Shown here one piece after another: positions 23,106 to 35,513 of a stretch of 60,000 bases of DNA; position 1 is the stretch's first letter; every line of letters begins with the position of its first letter. The stretch is from contig NC_087251.1 in the NCBI RefSeq assembly GCF_037042905.1, positions 7,132,001-7,192,000 on the forward strand, read 5' to 3'. The DNA comes from Lytechinus pictus (lineage: Eukaryota). A program made the translations under genes and the position numbers. Under the pieces are notes generated by a model. The model was not told the DNA's origin. It searched no databases and was given only the letters and a program-made list of their open reading frames with translations.

Positions 23106-26100
23106 CAAAATTTTATACATTTTTTTACAGCGGATCTGAAGAAATCACCTACACAAATCGGCTATGACGATCACACCACCCAACAAAATCCGGAACAAAT
23201 CGGCGGGTAAGGAGCACTAGTCTGCTATGCAGACTCTGAATGGCTCGTGAAGTGGGATCTGCCAGCCTGAAAGGGCGAGCGAAGCTCTAGTAGACCTATG
23301 GGGTGTTGCAAGAAACTTGCGATTGAACGCAAATCGAACGCAACTCCCAAAATTGAGCGTAAGTCCTCCGATTAAACGCAAATCTGCAATTGAACGCAAG
23401 TTACGTTCAATCCTGTTGCAAGAAGAAGTTGCGTTTGATCAATTGAACGTAGATCAAGCGCAAGCTTTGCAATTGATTGCAAATCGAACGTAACTTATGT
23501 AAGATTTTGGAGGATGCGCAAAATTTGCGTTCGATTTACGTTCAATTGATTGTCCATAGGCTTGTGTACTAAAAATTCTGCAAAATTTTTTTTTTTTGTA
23601 TTTTGTTTTGAAAACTTGTGTAAATTATGCCATTTTCAATTTTCCATGGGTTTTTTTCAAGAAAAACTTGAAATAATGTTATTTTCAATCTTTATAGGCC
23701 TCTTCAGCAATTATGCCATTATTTTCACACAATTTCAGTACATTCTCTCCTAATATCATTTTAAAGTGTGTCAATAACCAAAAATATTCTGCTCTTGTTA
23801 TCAGAGGTCATGGAATATTCAAATTGTGATTTCTGAAATAATTTGTATGAAGAAATGTTGAAGAAATAATAACTCTCCATAGGCACAAAAGCCACTCTTT
23901 ATTAAAAACACTTCATGCACTGGCAAATGCTTATCAATATTTCTGAGCGTTTGCAGTAAATACACCTCAGAATATGTTTTGCAAGAGCACTAAATTGCTT
24001 AAATGCTTTCATTCATACATATCATAATGAATAACATGCCCAATTAAGTTATTTTAGTTTGATTTTCAAATAAAACATACATTTCAGGAGATTGCTACAC
24101 TTCAAAATCTGAAGCTCTCTTGTTTCTCTCTCTTTAATCATGAGATTGCATCGTAGATATATATCACACTTGCATACAGGGATGAGGTCGAGGCTGATTC
24201 TTCCGAGTCATGAGGCAGCTTGAGAGAACTTCCCATAGATTCTGTACAGTGACTCGGACCAAGGCCAGCAAAATGTTGCCTCGAGGTCAGCATTGACTAC
24301 ATCCCTGCTTGGACTTGAAAAGATCCATTGATCTGTGCACAAAAAAGAACACTGCTCAAGACATTCATTATTGATGGACCTTTTATTTTCATTTTTCAAT
24401 GTTTCTTGCTCTCGAGGAATTACTTCTGAGATTCAGTTATATGAAATAAAAATTTCATATCATCTTCATCAAGTGTTTCACCACAGAATGTCTTGTTTGA
24501 AATTGATGTGTCTCATGCAGAAGACCACAGTCCTTAAGGTTGGCATGAAGAATCCATAGAAGTCCAGTCAGGAAAGCCACAATCGTCTCTGCTTGAAGGA
24601 ACAAATCTGGTTTCCAGAAGCAGTCTAATTTGAGATAAATTTGGAGAGCTCCATGGAGTGAAGTTTTTAAACAAGCAACGCCCTCATTCTGAAGTCCACT
24701 CTTATAATGATGTTACTACAGACAGGAGCATCTCTGAATTCAGTTCTGATAATCAACCTGTTCATAAACAAATAATAATATGGGAAATAATGCAAGCCCA
24801 TAACTATACATAGCTTGGGTTAGTTCAAATTTTGTCCTTTCAGTGCAAGAACGCCCTTAGCAAAACATTTTTGTGCACCCATCGGTGCAGAAATGCCCCT
24901 ATGTCTGCTGGTAAGGACCTTGTTTGCATTCAAATGATGATATGATAGAGGGATAGTGGCTTACTCCTGAGACCATAGTAATTGGCAATTTGCCATGATG
25001 TAATCTAAAAAAGTGTGAACTGATTGTTTTTCCCCAAATAAAAGAATCATGGAAATTAAAATATGCAATAAATTAAATCAATGAAAGCAAAATACACACT
25101 TTCATACAGTACATCTTGGATGAGCACAACCACCCCCTCCCCTCCCCCCATCAATGGGATGTCTTCATTGCTGAGAAGTCCAGTCAAGATAGAGATTTGT
25201 GTTAGCCTTTTTCATTTTGCATTATCCTTGGGTCAATGTGTACATATTTCACCCCCATCCGCATTACGATCATGGTGAATTATTAATAATAATACAGTTT
25301 ACATGTAACCTACCATTCAAGAGTTGATAAAATGAATCAATCAGCTGGTTGCAAGAACACACATTGTAGCAGACACAGTTATGGTGGTTCTGAGGTTCCA
25401 GACTTCTTTGTCATAACTGTAGTAAGCAATTAAAAGCAAAAAGCAAAGAGATAAAACATACTCATGAAATTAATATACAAGCTCAGTTGCCAGTGTGTTA
25501 ATCATTATAGTAGTCCAAGGGTGTTTTGATTAAAGTCACTTCTGGCCTGGGGAGGGGCACTATGGTTCCTCAGCCATGGGCGGCGCAATTAAAAAATTAT
25601 GAAATCATACCTTTTGCTTTAATTTACTAAAAAAGCTCGTAATAGAATGCCAAACTTTGGTGTACATATTCCTTTCTAGAGCAATCCTAACAACTTTACT
25701 TTAAAAAATCTGGTATCAAAATAAATTCCTTTCAATTCATGGTTTTTTTTTAAATATTTTTTCTTAACTTCTTAAATTTTTTTTTATTGTTATTTTCAAG
25801 ACAAAGTTCATCAGTGACATTAAATTACTATTGTCAATAAAAATTTTTTACCCAGTTATGAATATTGACTTTTTACATGTAATCATGTTTTTGTCTGACA
25901 TGTACTTAAACAAACATAATGTTGCAAAATTTCCTGACCCTGTACCTGGGAATGGCAAATTAAGTATCAAAAGTTGTGTGAGACTTGAAAGTAAAACGTC
26001 AGTCAGCGGTGCGGGAATAAAATTTTGAGTGGCAGATTTATTCTGAAAAATGTCAAGGGGGACCATATGCCATATGCCCCCCCCCCCCCGAGTATTGTGC

Positions 26101-26302
26101 TTGATGTAAAAGGATGTAAAAAAAAAATCATGATTATGCATTCAATATTAATAATGATGCACCATCTGAGACACCCTTTAACTGAAAGCACCTGGAAAAG
26201 CATCGTAATCATCCATTTAACAATTTAAAGTGAAAAAAAAATCTGTCATCTATATAGCACCTCATGTGCTTGCATAAAAATCAAGAGTCAGCTACATAGT
26301 AG

Positions 26303-26723
26303 CCCAGGGGGGGGGGGGGGTACTCACGAGATAAGGCATATGGGGATATGCCGCAGGAATGGGTCGCCTTTTTTGAAGAAATCCCTAAACATGGCGTATG
26401 GTTTTATGCTGGAAAATCCCTAAGCATGGCCCAATTATTAGATAATGTCCTTAAATATGGGTCCATATTCTACTCCAATGTCTTAGGTGCAAATACAAAA
26501 TGACCTTACATTTCGGGCGATAACCTTTTTTTTTTTTTTTGCTTGTCAAGTTTTCCAGGCGAAAATGTGCCCCCCCCCCTTTTGGAAATCCTGGATCCGC
26601 CCCTGTAATGAATCCCTAATAATGGGTACCTTTTTAGCCAAAATGACCTGTAAATATGGGTACGGGTTTCAAACTTACAGCCGCACACCTTTGTCCAAAC
26701 CAAATCTAAGTACCTCCCCCTGG
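26303..26723. mobile_element. CCCAG(G)n-terminated MITE nested in the 5.2-kb element
   Basis: CCCAGGGG...GTACT / AGTACCTCCCCCTGG ends with direct repeat CATAGTAG on both flanks (26295-302, 26724-31). Confidence 0.75.
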
Positions 26724-27193
26724 CATAGTAGATCTACATATTGAATCTAAAAAATAAATGTATTTACATGTATATCTTTTTATATTTATATGAGATGGAT
26801 ATTAAAAATGTGACTCATACGGCACATCATTACAAATCAACGACACAAATACTGTCCTTGCAAAGAACCTCTTGTGCAATCTGCAATTTAAAAAGAGCCC
26901 TGGGCAGGCAACATCCTATTCAATGTCAAAACTTCCCCAAGAATGTGGCAGATGTGGACAATAGATTCTGAAAAGTAGCCCAATACATGTAGACCCCCTA
27001 TACCTTTGTTTCTTTTTCTTGTCTGGCGAGATATACGGAGTCTGGAGAACCCCCCCCCCCCCCCCAAATAAAAAAATAATAATAATAAAAAAAAAAAATT
27101 TATCCTCCAAAGACAAAAGTCGAAACAGCAAAATTTTCACTTTATCCCAGGCCAGGCCAAGGAAAGTCATAAAAAGGGAGGTTAACGGTAGAC

Positions 27194-27816
27194 TACCTCG
27201 AGCGAAGTTCGTGCAGGCTCCACTCCACTTCACTACCGCTACACTACGCTCCACCTACCCAAACTTCGAGACCGTGAACTCTATCTGATATTCCGAGTGA
27301 CAAAGGTGGGATTTTATGGGGGAAAATATAAAATTCATGCAACATCACAACCTTTAAAAACAATTGAATTTAATATTCTTACTTTACACCAAGTTTCACT
27401 TCTTTTCCATGCTTCTATAGTATCAGTCTAAAAATGGGTGATTTAGAGCCAACATGAAGTTCCTCACACGTATAAATAATTCGCTGCCGATTTCAAAACA
27501 TTGCATGCACGCGCGATACGGCAGCGAATTATTTATTTGTGTGAGGAACTTCATGTTGGCTCTAAATCACCAATTTTGAGACTGATAGAAGCATGGAAAA
27601 GTGAAACTTGGTGTAAGTAAGAATATTAGTTAGGCCTAATTGTTTTTAAAGATCGTGATGTTGCATGAATTTTATATTTTCCCCCCATAAAATCCCACCT
27701 TTGACTTGTCACTCGGAATATTATCAGATAGAGTTCAGTCTCGAATTTCGGGTAGGTGGAGCGTAGTGTAGCGGTAGTGAAGTGGAGTAGGGCCTGCACG
27801 AACTTCGCTCGAGGTA
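27194..27816. mobile_element. 623-bp foldback element (~300-bp inverted arms, ~29-nt loop)
   Basis: TACCTCGAGCGAAGTTCGTGCAGGC / GCCTGCACGAACTTCGCTCGAGGTA; 9-bp TSD ACGGTAGAC/ACGTTAGAC (1 mismatch). Confidence 0.9.
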
Positions 27817-28619
27817 ACGTTAGACAGACTCTTAAAAAAGAGAGACAAATGGAGAGGAATCTTCTTTTGTGGATGAAGTCTTTAATTTCTATTTACTGGA
27901 TGGCTATTCGCCGTTGAAACCGATATAACTTAAAACATCATTTCAAATAGGAACAAAAATAATCTTTATAGGTCATTTTCGATGTTTCATACATAATTAG
28001 AGCCTACACATTTACTTGCTTCTGGGTGATTTTTAACAGCACTGCACCGGCAATGACCTGCCGTGTTGTTGATACAACCGTGCATTACCGACACAAAAAG
28101 TCAAGTGTGGGACTGGGATTGAAATTGTACTGTAGAAAATTTGTTGAAGGTGAAATTTCGACCGGCGATAAAGATTTATTTTCACTTTTTTCAAAATAAT
28201 TTTTTCCCTGGCAGAGGTCTAAAATATATAAATTCTCTAAAAACATACATAATGGAGAAAGAATTGTCTGAAAAATGAATATTTTCTACTTACTCTCTTC
28301 CACAAACAGGATTGTTGCAAGCCATTATTTTGCTTTTTCGGCTAGTCTTGTGCTGCAGACCCTGTTTACAGCTGCAAATCGTCTGCAGATCAGCTGCAAC
28401 TTGCGTTCAATCGCAAGCCTTTTTCTTGCAACGCAAATTGGCGATTGATTGCTAGTTGCAGTCGATCGGAATCGGCTGCAAAGTTGCAGTCGATTTGCAA
28501 TCAATTGCAACGTAACTTTCTTGCAACACCCCACTAGTCTGCTATGCAGACTCCTTGAATCAGCTGTGATACACACACTGCAGATGTGGGTCTACAATTG
28601 TAGACTAAGGAGCACTGAT

Positions 28620-28987
28620 CTCTCCTCTACAGTGGTAAGGAGCCGCCGATTAGTTCCGCCGGTACCAATAGACTACCCGGCTAATTCGGCTATCACACCC
28701 GCATCGATGAAAGCACACAACGACTCACAACTACACTACCAGTGGACGCGCACATAGCTAGTTTGGCCTGGTTTGGATGCGAAGACACCTGCACATAGCA
28801 GGTGCATGACAAGCGCCGCGCGGTACGGTGAACATGATGAAGAGGACAGACTGAGAACCATTTTCAAACCAGTCGCATGTTCACTCTGTCACGCTTTAAA
28901 TGAGATGTGGATTTTCCCGGAATATTTTTTATTAGTTTGTTAAAATAATTTGATGTTCTGCCAAAGACATCTCGAATAGATCCAACA
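28620..28987 (+). promoter_or_regulatory. CpG-rich promoter/5'UTR of the Ig-domain gene
   Basis: Local CpG/GC enrichment and a CCAAT immediately upstream of the ATG at 28988; exact TSS unknown. Confidence 0.45.
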
Positions 28988-29018
28988 ATGAAGACGTTTC
29001 TATTTCAATGCCTACTCG
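28988..29018 (+). CDS. PTK7: Ig-superfamily receptor (PTK7-like), coding exon 1 (signal peptide start MKTFLFQCLL)
   Basis: ACAATGA start in a CpG-rich region, with a phase-1 GTGAGT donor at 29019. Splicing to 35211 gives MKTFLFQCLLVVCVLRSGES-LEF, a plausible signal peptide. The symbol is tentative. Confidence 0.7.
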
Positions 29019-29729
29019 GTGAGTATCCTTGTCTGTTGTCATTTTATGCGCAATACTGCCGAACGCCAGCGAAGTGCTACTCCAGTCCAGGCCGGCGGAG
29101 AAGGCTTGCCTCGGTGGTGGAGAGTGTCGATGGGTACGATTCCGTGCTCGTCCATCACTCTCCATGTCGATTTTTTTTCACTTCATCACGGTGATTTTAT
29201 CTGATCGGATTTTAAGTATTTGTTAAAATGACATCGCAATGAATAAGTTGGATTTACATGCAACAAATTATGTCAAAATATGCCCACGGGTCATGCAGGT
29301 CACTTTTTATGTGATGATTCAGTGGATCATCTAGTTTCGTTCAGACTTATGCTTGGATTACATTAAGTACTACTAGTAGTAATGTCATAATGTTTTACAT
29401 GTAGGTAGGGGTGCTGGGCCGGGGGGGGGGGGGGGGGGTGTATGACGGACAGCGTAGGATTACAACACTTCTGAGATTTTACTAGTATCGGTATTTGATG
29501 TATATTAAGTTATCTGTCAGTTTATGATTGTACAACTACAAGCCACTGGGAGAATCAAATAAAAGAATATGGGTCTACTTTAAAACAAACAACAAAAACA
29601 AAAACTATCAGTCTGGACTGTACCAGTATGCTGTAATTACATTTTTATTTTGTCCTTTGGAACATGTACATTATCAATCTTTTGAAATCCAATGGTACAT
29701 GTTTGTAGAATAAGATTTCATCTCTTATA

Positions 29730-29975
29730 CCCAGTTGTTGTGTGTCCGGACAGGTTGTGTGTCCGGACGATCAGTTTTAGAAAGTCATTTGGAAAAATTT
29801 ACAAGCAAAGTTTCATAAAATGTTTAGTACGAAATGTTAGGCAATATTATAGTCTATAGAGAACAAAACAGAAGATGATTACAACTATTGAATTCGTATT
29901 TTTAGTGTAATCCAAAGACAAAAAAGAAGGCTTCAAAAATATTAAGTGTCCGGACACCCCACCCCCCATCCTACA
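29730..29975. mobile_element. Single arm of the GTGTCCGGACAC element
   Basis: TA|CCCAGTTGTTGTGTGTCCGGA...; inverted homologue of 12185-12429. Confidence 0.6.
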
Positions 29976-30919
29976 TAATTTTTGGGTTTTGTGTTATCTT
30001 TCTCCTACATGTATTTGTCAAAGGGAAGAATTTTCCCCCGTTTATTTATGATTGTAGATATAAAGCCTCTCCTCACCCATATACTAATACTAACCTCGCA
30101 ATACGTGTGAGTGATATAGCCCCTATAACTTTAGTTCTCTGCGTGTATTCCAGTTTGATAAGGCTTATAAAATGTGTACATGTCCCAAAACTGTTCTTAG
30201 TGTGGATGTTTCCCAAACAGATTCAATGTATTTTACAATTTTCAATGAACATTTATTTTGGTCCTAATACAAATTTTTCAAGTGAATAAAAATAAAGTAA
30301 TGTTCGAAAATGAAAGTGATCATGATGTTTGTTTATTTTCGGTATAAACCATTTTTGGCTTGGAGTTGGCTATTAGTTTTGTGATAAAATCTTTGAAGCT
30401 TTCTGTGTAATCAATAAATTTGTGTCATGAGTGTTAAAAGTGCCCTTTGGCCCCTTTAAATTTTAATGAAATATACAAATGTCTCAAGAATGGTGATGCT
30501 CATTGCAAATTTTCTCAAATATGAAAATAAATCGGAATCTTGTTATTATACTCAATAATATTTTGGTCACTCTAAAGCAGGAGTGCACCTGAGGGTGGGG
30601 AATCTTGTTTACATGTATTTCTTTGTAATCAGAATTGGCTTTGAACTTTGACTTTTTTTGTTTCTTCCTTTTCTTTTGCTTGTTAGAAAATTGAAAAAAG
30701 GAAATGGCTTACACAAATGGACTTTGACCTTTGACCTATTTTTTGTTGCTTGCTTGTAATAATTTTTGTTTGCTCTTCCTGACAAGGTTTGCCAAACCTG
30801 TTCATGACATGTACTCAACTGCACTAGACTGCAGTATGAAGAATCATAAAAATGGCAAATTTTGATTCTTGTAGTATATTCAAATCCATGACGCAAGCTG
30901 TGACTGCAAAGTATTCCTG

Positions 30920-31947
30920 GGGCCCGTTTCTCAACACCGTCATAAGTCTAACTTCTTGACTAAATCAGAGATAATGAGCTACTTGTCCGCTAACCGTTTC
31001 ATGATGCCCTCTTTGCCAAGATCGGGTACAACAACCTCACTAAATATCCGTTTATGACACCTAACCTGTCATAACTTCTTTCTTAATGACGTAGTGGCAT
31101 CACGTGGGTAGACTATGACAAGCAAAAGTGCCTAGATATTTGAAAACAATAATCTTACGTAATCAATCATAGAGGTTGAAATTACATCACAAAACAAGTG
31201 GGATAATGCATTCAATGATAATTCTAATAAAAAGAAACTATAAAAACTATTGGTAAAACGCCACAAAACCATTCAGTTTGAAATAGTAAAATGATTTAAT
31301 CGATAAAGATTCTACCACGTCAGGCCATCCATAACTGGACTCGTATTTGTCGTTTTCAGACCCCTATTAACATTTGGTTAAATTTTATCTCTAATTTATG
31401 CATAGAATTTGACAAATCGTATGTTTCAGTTTCAAAGATTTATTTTTGTTTTTGTTAAACTATATTTTGATGATGTTTGGAATCGTAGAAGGGCGTATAA
31501 TTATCATCATTTCACAAAGAAAACCGTTATGGTTTACTTTCGTAAACTATTAAAATTTGATGTACCGGGGGTACCCATCTCAACGTCCACATGTGATTTT
31601 CTAGTCATGTAATGATTTATTCATAATTTAATTTTCACAGCAATTGAATGCTCCAATCTTCATGGTCTAAGTATTATGATGCATAGTTTACATGTGCTAT
31701 TATTTTGAAAAGATGTATTTCCCAATTCATCACAATATTTGCAATTTTGTCATAATTTTTCATTTTGAAAAATATGCTATTTTGTGACTAAGGCTACGTC
31801 TCGTCTGCTCTTTTTACTGATAGTATCGATATCAAGGTATTCTAGTTAGGAAGCCTTTCGAGAAACAGGTTTAGTAAGATTGGAACTATCTCCGTGGTTG
31901 GTGGATAAAGATGTGACTAACTTGTCCAGGTGTTGAGAAACGGGCCC
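30920..31947. mobile_element. 1-kb PIF/Harbinger-like element in intron 1 of the Ig gene
   Basis: Perfect 19-bp TIR GGGCCCGTTTCTCAACACC; 3-bp TSD CTG. Confidence 0.92.
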
Positions 31948-34234
31948 CTGATGTTTTTCCCCTTTTCTTTCTTTCTAGCCCATTATTGAATTAACTCTGA
32001 TCCTGAAATGTTTTTCTCATGTTCAAAACTGTATCTATCAGCATTGAAGGGAGGAAAAGAATCCAAGAGGTGTGGTATGTCATTACCAGCTTGGTCATAA
32101 CTGAAGAGGAAAACCAATTTAAAAATAACAGTCCTACAATAAAATATTATAATTATTATTTTATAGGCCTATAGATGATTAGAATGTATACATCCATGAC
32201 AAAGTGATAGTTGAAATGTTTTGGTTATTACGAACAAACTATATTATAAAAAAAGAGTGTAGTGGTTTCAACATACACCATGTATCTTTCGTGGGCTGTG
32301 TTATCTACAGTATGTTGTATCATTCTATGTTGGTCTGAACAACAAGAGCTCTTATTTATAGAGTCCTGTCCCAGTGCACCATAGGCCTTAATACTCAGCA
32401 GATCTTAAAGGAATTACTACCGGTACTTGATGTCATGATGAGTGTGTAGTAGACTTGCAAGAGAAAAGATATTCAATTCATTGTGATTGTTTTGTAGTTT
32501 TAATGGATAGTCCTTGAGTGTTTCACAGTTTTGTTTTTGTTTCAGTAGGTTTTCATTTTTTAAAGACTGTTTGACTTGCTTTGATCAAACATTCCTTCTG
32601 AAATGCCAATATTCCTGCACCAGACTTCCAAGCTGCATTGATTAGCAACACAAATACTCACTTATGTCATCAATAACATCTAGCCCAGTCCATTCTTCCG
32701 CCATGTCTATTTAGGACTCACAGTCCGACAAAGAGCACAACAGATGAATGGTCAAGCAGAACAGCCTTAGAACGACAGACTAACAATGTTCACCCCAGCT
32801 CTGCTGAAAATATGTTTAAAAAAGAGGTCATGCTTATTTCTTCCTTTTCTTCCATCCTAGTCTTCCACTGTTGCTGTCTCTGTTGAAGTTAGCATTTTTA
32901 TGTCATACAAAGGATAATGTTTCCCCTGAATTGGCCTTTCCATGGCACATATTACCTCTGGTGTGTTGTGAATGGTGGACCGTGGAATGGTTCAGTTTTT
33001 AGTATTGTGGGGGTGTAGTATGTCCTATTGTTCACCTGATTGAGGCTCTGTGGTTTGCCTCTTTTGTGACCCTTTGTACCTACCATTCACAGACTACTGC
33101 TCTGTCTGTAGGCTTTGGATTGTACAAATGAGATTTTACTCTTACTATTTTGTTATGAATTGATAGATTGTGTGCTACAATAGGAAAGAGAGTGAGAGAG
33201 AAAGAGGGAGGGAAGGAGGGAGAGTGAGAGATCAAGAGACCTGAGAAGGGGATGCGTAAGGGGGGGGGGGGCAAAGAATATATTTAAAAGACAGTAAACA
33301 TATTTGAGGCCTCAACCTTCTGTCATATCCACAAATATAAATTTATTCTTCATTTAATGATTAATAAAATAGAAAAGAACCAGGATGTGCATATTGTTGT
33401 ATTGTGAAAAGAAACAAACTTTGAAGTGTCACAATTTTGATGAAATATTCTGTAATATATATTTTTTCTCTCCATTTATTCTAATCAACTTATTGTTTTT
33501 TGGGGGTGGACATATCTTAAAAATACCAAAATGAAGCCAACAAAGGTAGCATTTCAGCATATGTATGCTGTACTTTAAAAAGTGTCACCTGACTGGCAAA
33601 AGGGCAGTAAGTTGCTTGTGCATGGCATGTTTATTAATTCTTGTGCGGATGGTATTAGGTCGTTAACACAAGTGCATAACATGAGAGTTACATGTAACAC
33701 ATTTTTGTCTGAACAACAGGAATGTAAAAATCCTAATGCCTTTCTGCAAGCCAGGGGACTGAAATGTTCAAATACAAGACTGCAGTCTTTATTGCTAGAT
33801 AGCATTTATAGCCCTCCACCTTGATCATAAAGATCAAATGCTAATGGTCAGAGGACAAAGACAAAGACACAATCTGTCAAGATATAAACTGTTTGGACTG
33901 GTCGCATTACTCATTCTTATTGACTTATAAGAAGCTGAGTGCTTCTTTGTATACATCTTACCATGCACATGTAGATAACGATAAAAGCCTGGGTCAGTCT
34001 AGGCAGATACAGTAGACAGTATACTGTAGATGGTCTGTTGGATTATGTTTCATGCATAGTGACTGAGTTTCAAGTGTATCCAGGATTATTTTAGAGATTC
34101 ACTTCAATGTCTACAAACCAGTAGACTCATCCCAGAACCCAAAATGGGCACATGCCTTCTTCTTCTCTCTCACGATTATGAAATACTTCATGTATCTTTG
34201 ATTTCATTGATAGAGTATGTGTACATGTAATTAA

Positions 34235-34838
34235 AGAGGTACTCTAGGCTGGAAATCAGATTTAAATCAATACATGTGATGTAGAGTAACAATCAGACAA
34301 ACAAAACAATGGAAATTTCATCTAATTGAACAAATAATTATTAGAAAGTTATAGCAACTCAGAGTCTTGCACTATGTTGGTGAAATAGACCTATGAATAT
34401 TGTCCACATGAATATGCAATGGGCAAGCAGATGACCCCATATCCCCACTAATTCTTTTGTATTTTTTGAAATTATGTCTATTCAATCATTCTCCTCCAAG
34501 AATGTGAAAATAAGATTGTCTACTGATGTACTGTGTGAAAAGATAATCATTGCTGAAATTTACTTTGTTACATTTGTACAAATATATATATAAAAATATC
34601 AAATAAATGGATAGGACCCCCCCCCCAAAAAAAGAAGTGGGGACATGAAATTATTGCCCATTTATTGCATATCCATAAGGGCATGCATATAACTGTTTTC
34701 ACAAATAAAACCAAGGTTTAAAATTCAATAAATTCATTATTTTCATTTTTAAAAATCAGATTTTGATGAAATTGTCAATGTTTTGCTCATTGAATTTCAC
34801 ATTGTTTATAAATTCAGATATTATGCCTGGAGTACACC
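34235..34838. mobile_element. Diverged relative of the TTAA MITE family
   Basis: TTAA|AGAGGTACTCTAGGC ... GCCTGGAGTACACC; shares the GAAATTTCAT / TTTTGATGAAAT arm motifs. Confidence 0.55.
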
Positions 34839-35210
34839 ATGCAGAATGTTGCATAATTTATGTTGGTATAGAAATTCACACTCATTTTTATAGTTACATT
34901 TCATTTCATTAATTTCCAATACATATTAAAATAAAAGAATAATATATACATGTACTGTACTGAATACAAAGAATTTGGGGGAGCCAGCAGATGATTTGAC
35001 CTTTCAAATGCTTGGTTCCAAGTAACATGATAAATCATACAAAGCAGTATTGCATTTATACAAGAATGAGAGATTATATGTAAAAAAAACTTGTTTGAAT
35101 TGAAATTTATGTGGAATACATGCACATGTATGTATGTATGTTCCATAATATCTGTAAGTGTACCAAACAAGTATGATTTGCATTTCTCTTGCTTTTCTTC
35201 CTCATAATAG

Positions 35211-35513
35211 TTGTATGTGTGCTAAGGAGTGGTGAATCCCTGGAATTCACTGATCAGCCACAGAGCATGACCATCCCAGAAGGCACAAGTATCATCTTAT
35301 CCTGTGATGTAGACCAGACACAGAATGTGGCCTTCTCTTGGACCCGCAATGATGTCCCTGTAGAAGATTCATCAAGGATCTTCATGGACACCAGTAACAA
35401 TCTCAAGATTGGTGATGTATCCAGGGAAGATGCTGGCAGCTACAAATGTGTAGTGCAATCAAGCTCGTTATCTGAACCAATCACAAGTCAGCCAGCTGTC
35501 ATCAATGTCACTT
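35211..35513 (+). CDS. PTK7: Ig-superfamily receptor (PTK7/off-track-like), exon 2 encoding the first I-set Ig domain
   Basis: Pyrimidine tract plus AG at 35209-10 and GTAAGT donor at 35514; 303 nt, phase 1/1. Contains F-x2-QP-x-S, LSC, W-x2-N-x2-PV-x-D-x2-R-x-F and D-x-G-x-Y-x-C. The Ig call is secure. PTK7 identity rests on recalled similarity to PTK7 Ig1 (PVQDTERRF) and is only moderately certain. Confidence 0.8.

Larger units (their letters stand above)
23299..28533. mobile_element. 5.2-kb non-autonomous PIF/Harbinger-like element
   Basis: Perfect 17-bp TIR TGGGGTGTTGCAAGAAA flanked by CTA on both sides; many ATTGAACGCAA-type subterminal repeats at both ends; no transposase ORF. Confidence 0.85.
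23218..28607. mobile_element. Outer TAG...CTA element with 8-bp TSD enclosing a 5.2-kb insertion
   Basis: AGGAGCAC at 23210-17 and 28608-15; hairpin ends TAGTCTGCTATGCAGAC and GTCTACAATTGTAGACTA. Confidence 0.65.

Noticed and set aside
24934..24970. ATGATGA...CTGA as a C/D-box snoRNA
   Set aside because: Too short (~37 nt), lacks a terminal stem, and is on the opposite strand to the putative host transcript.
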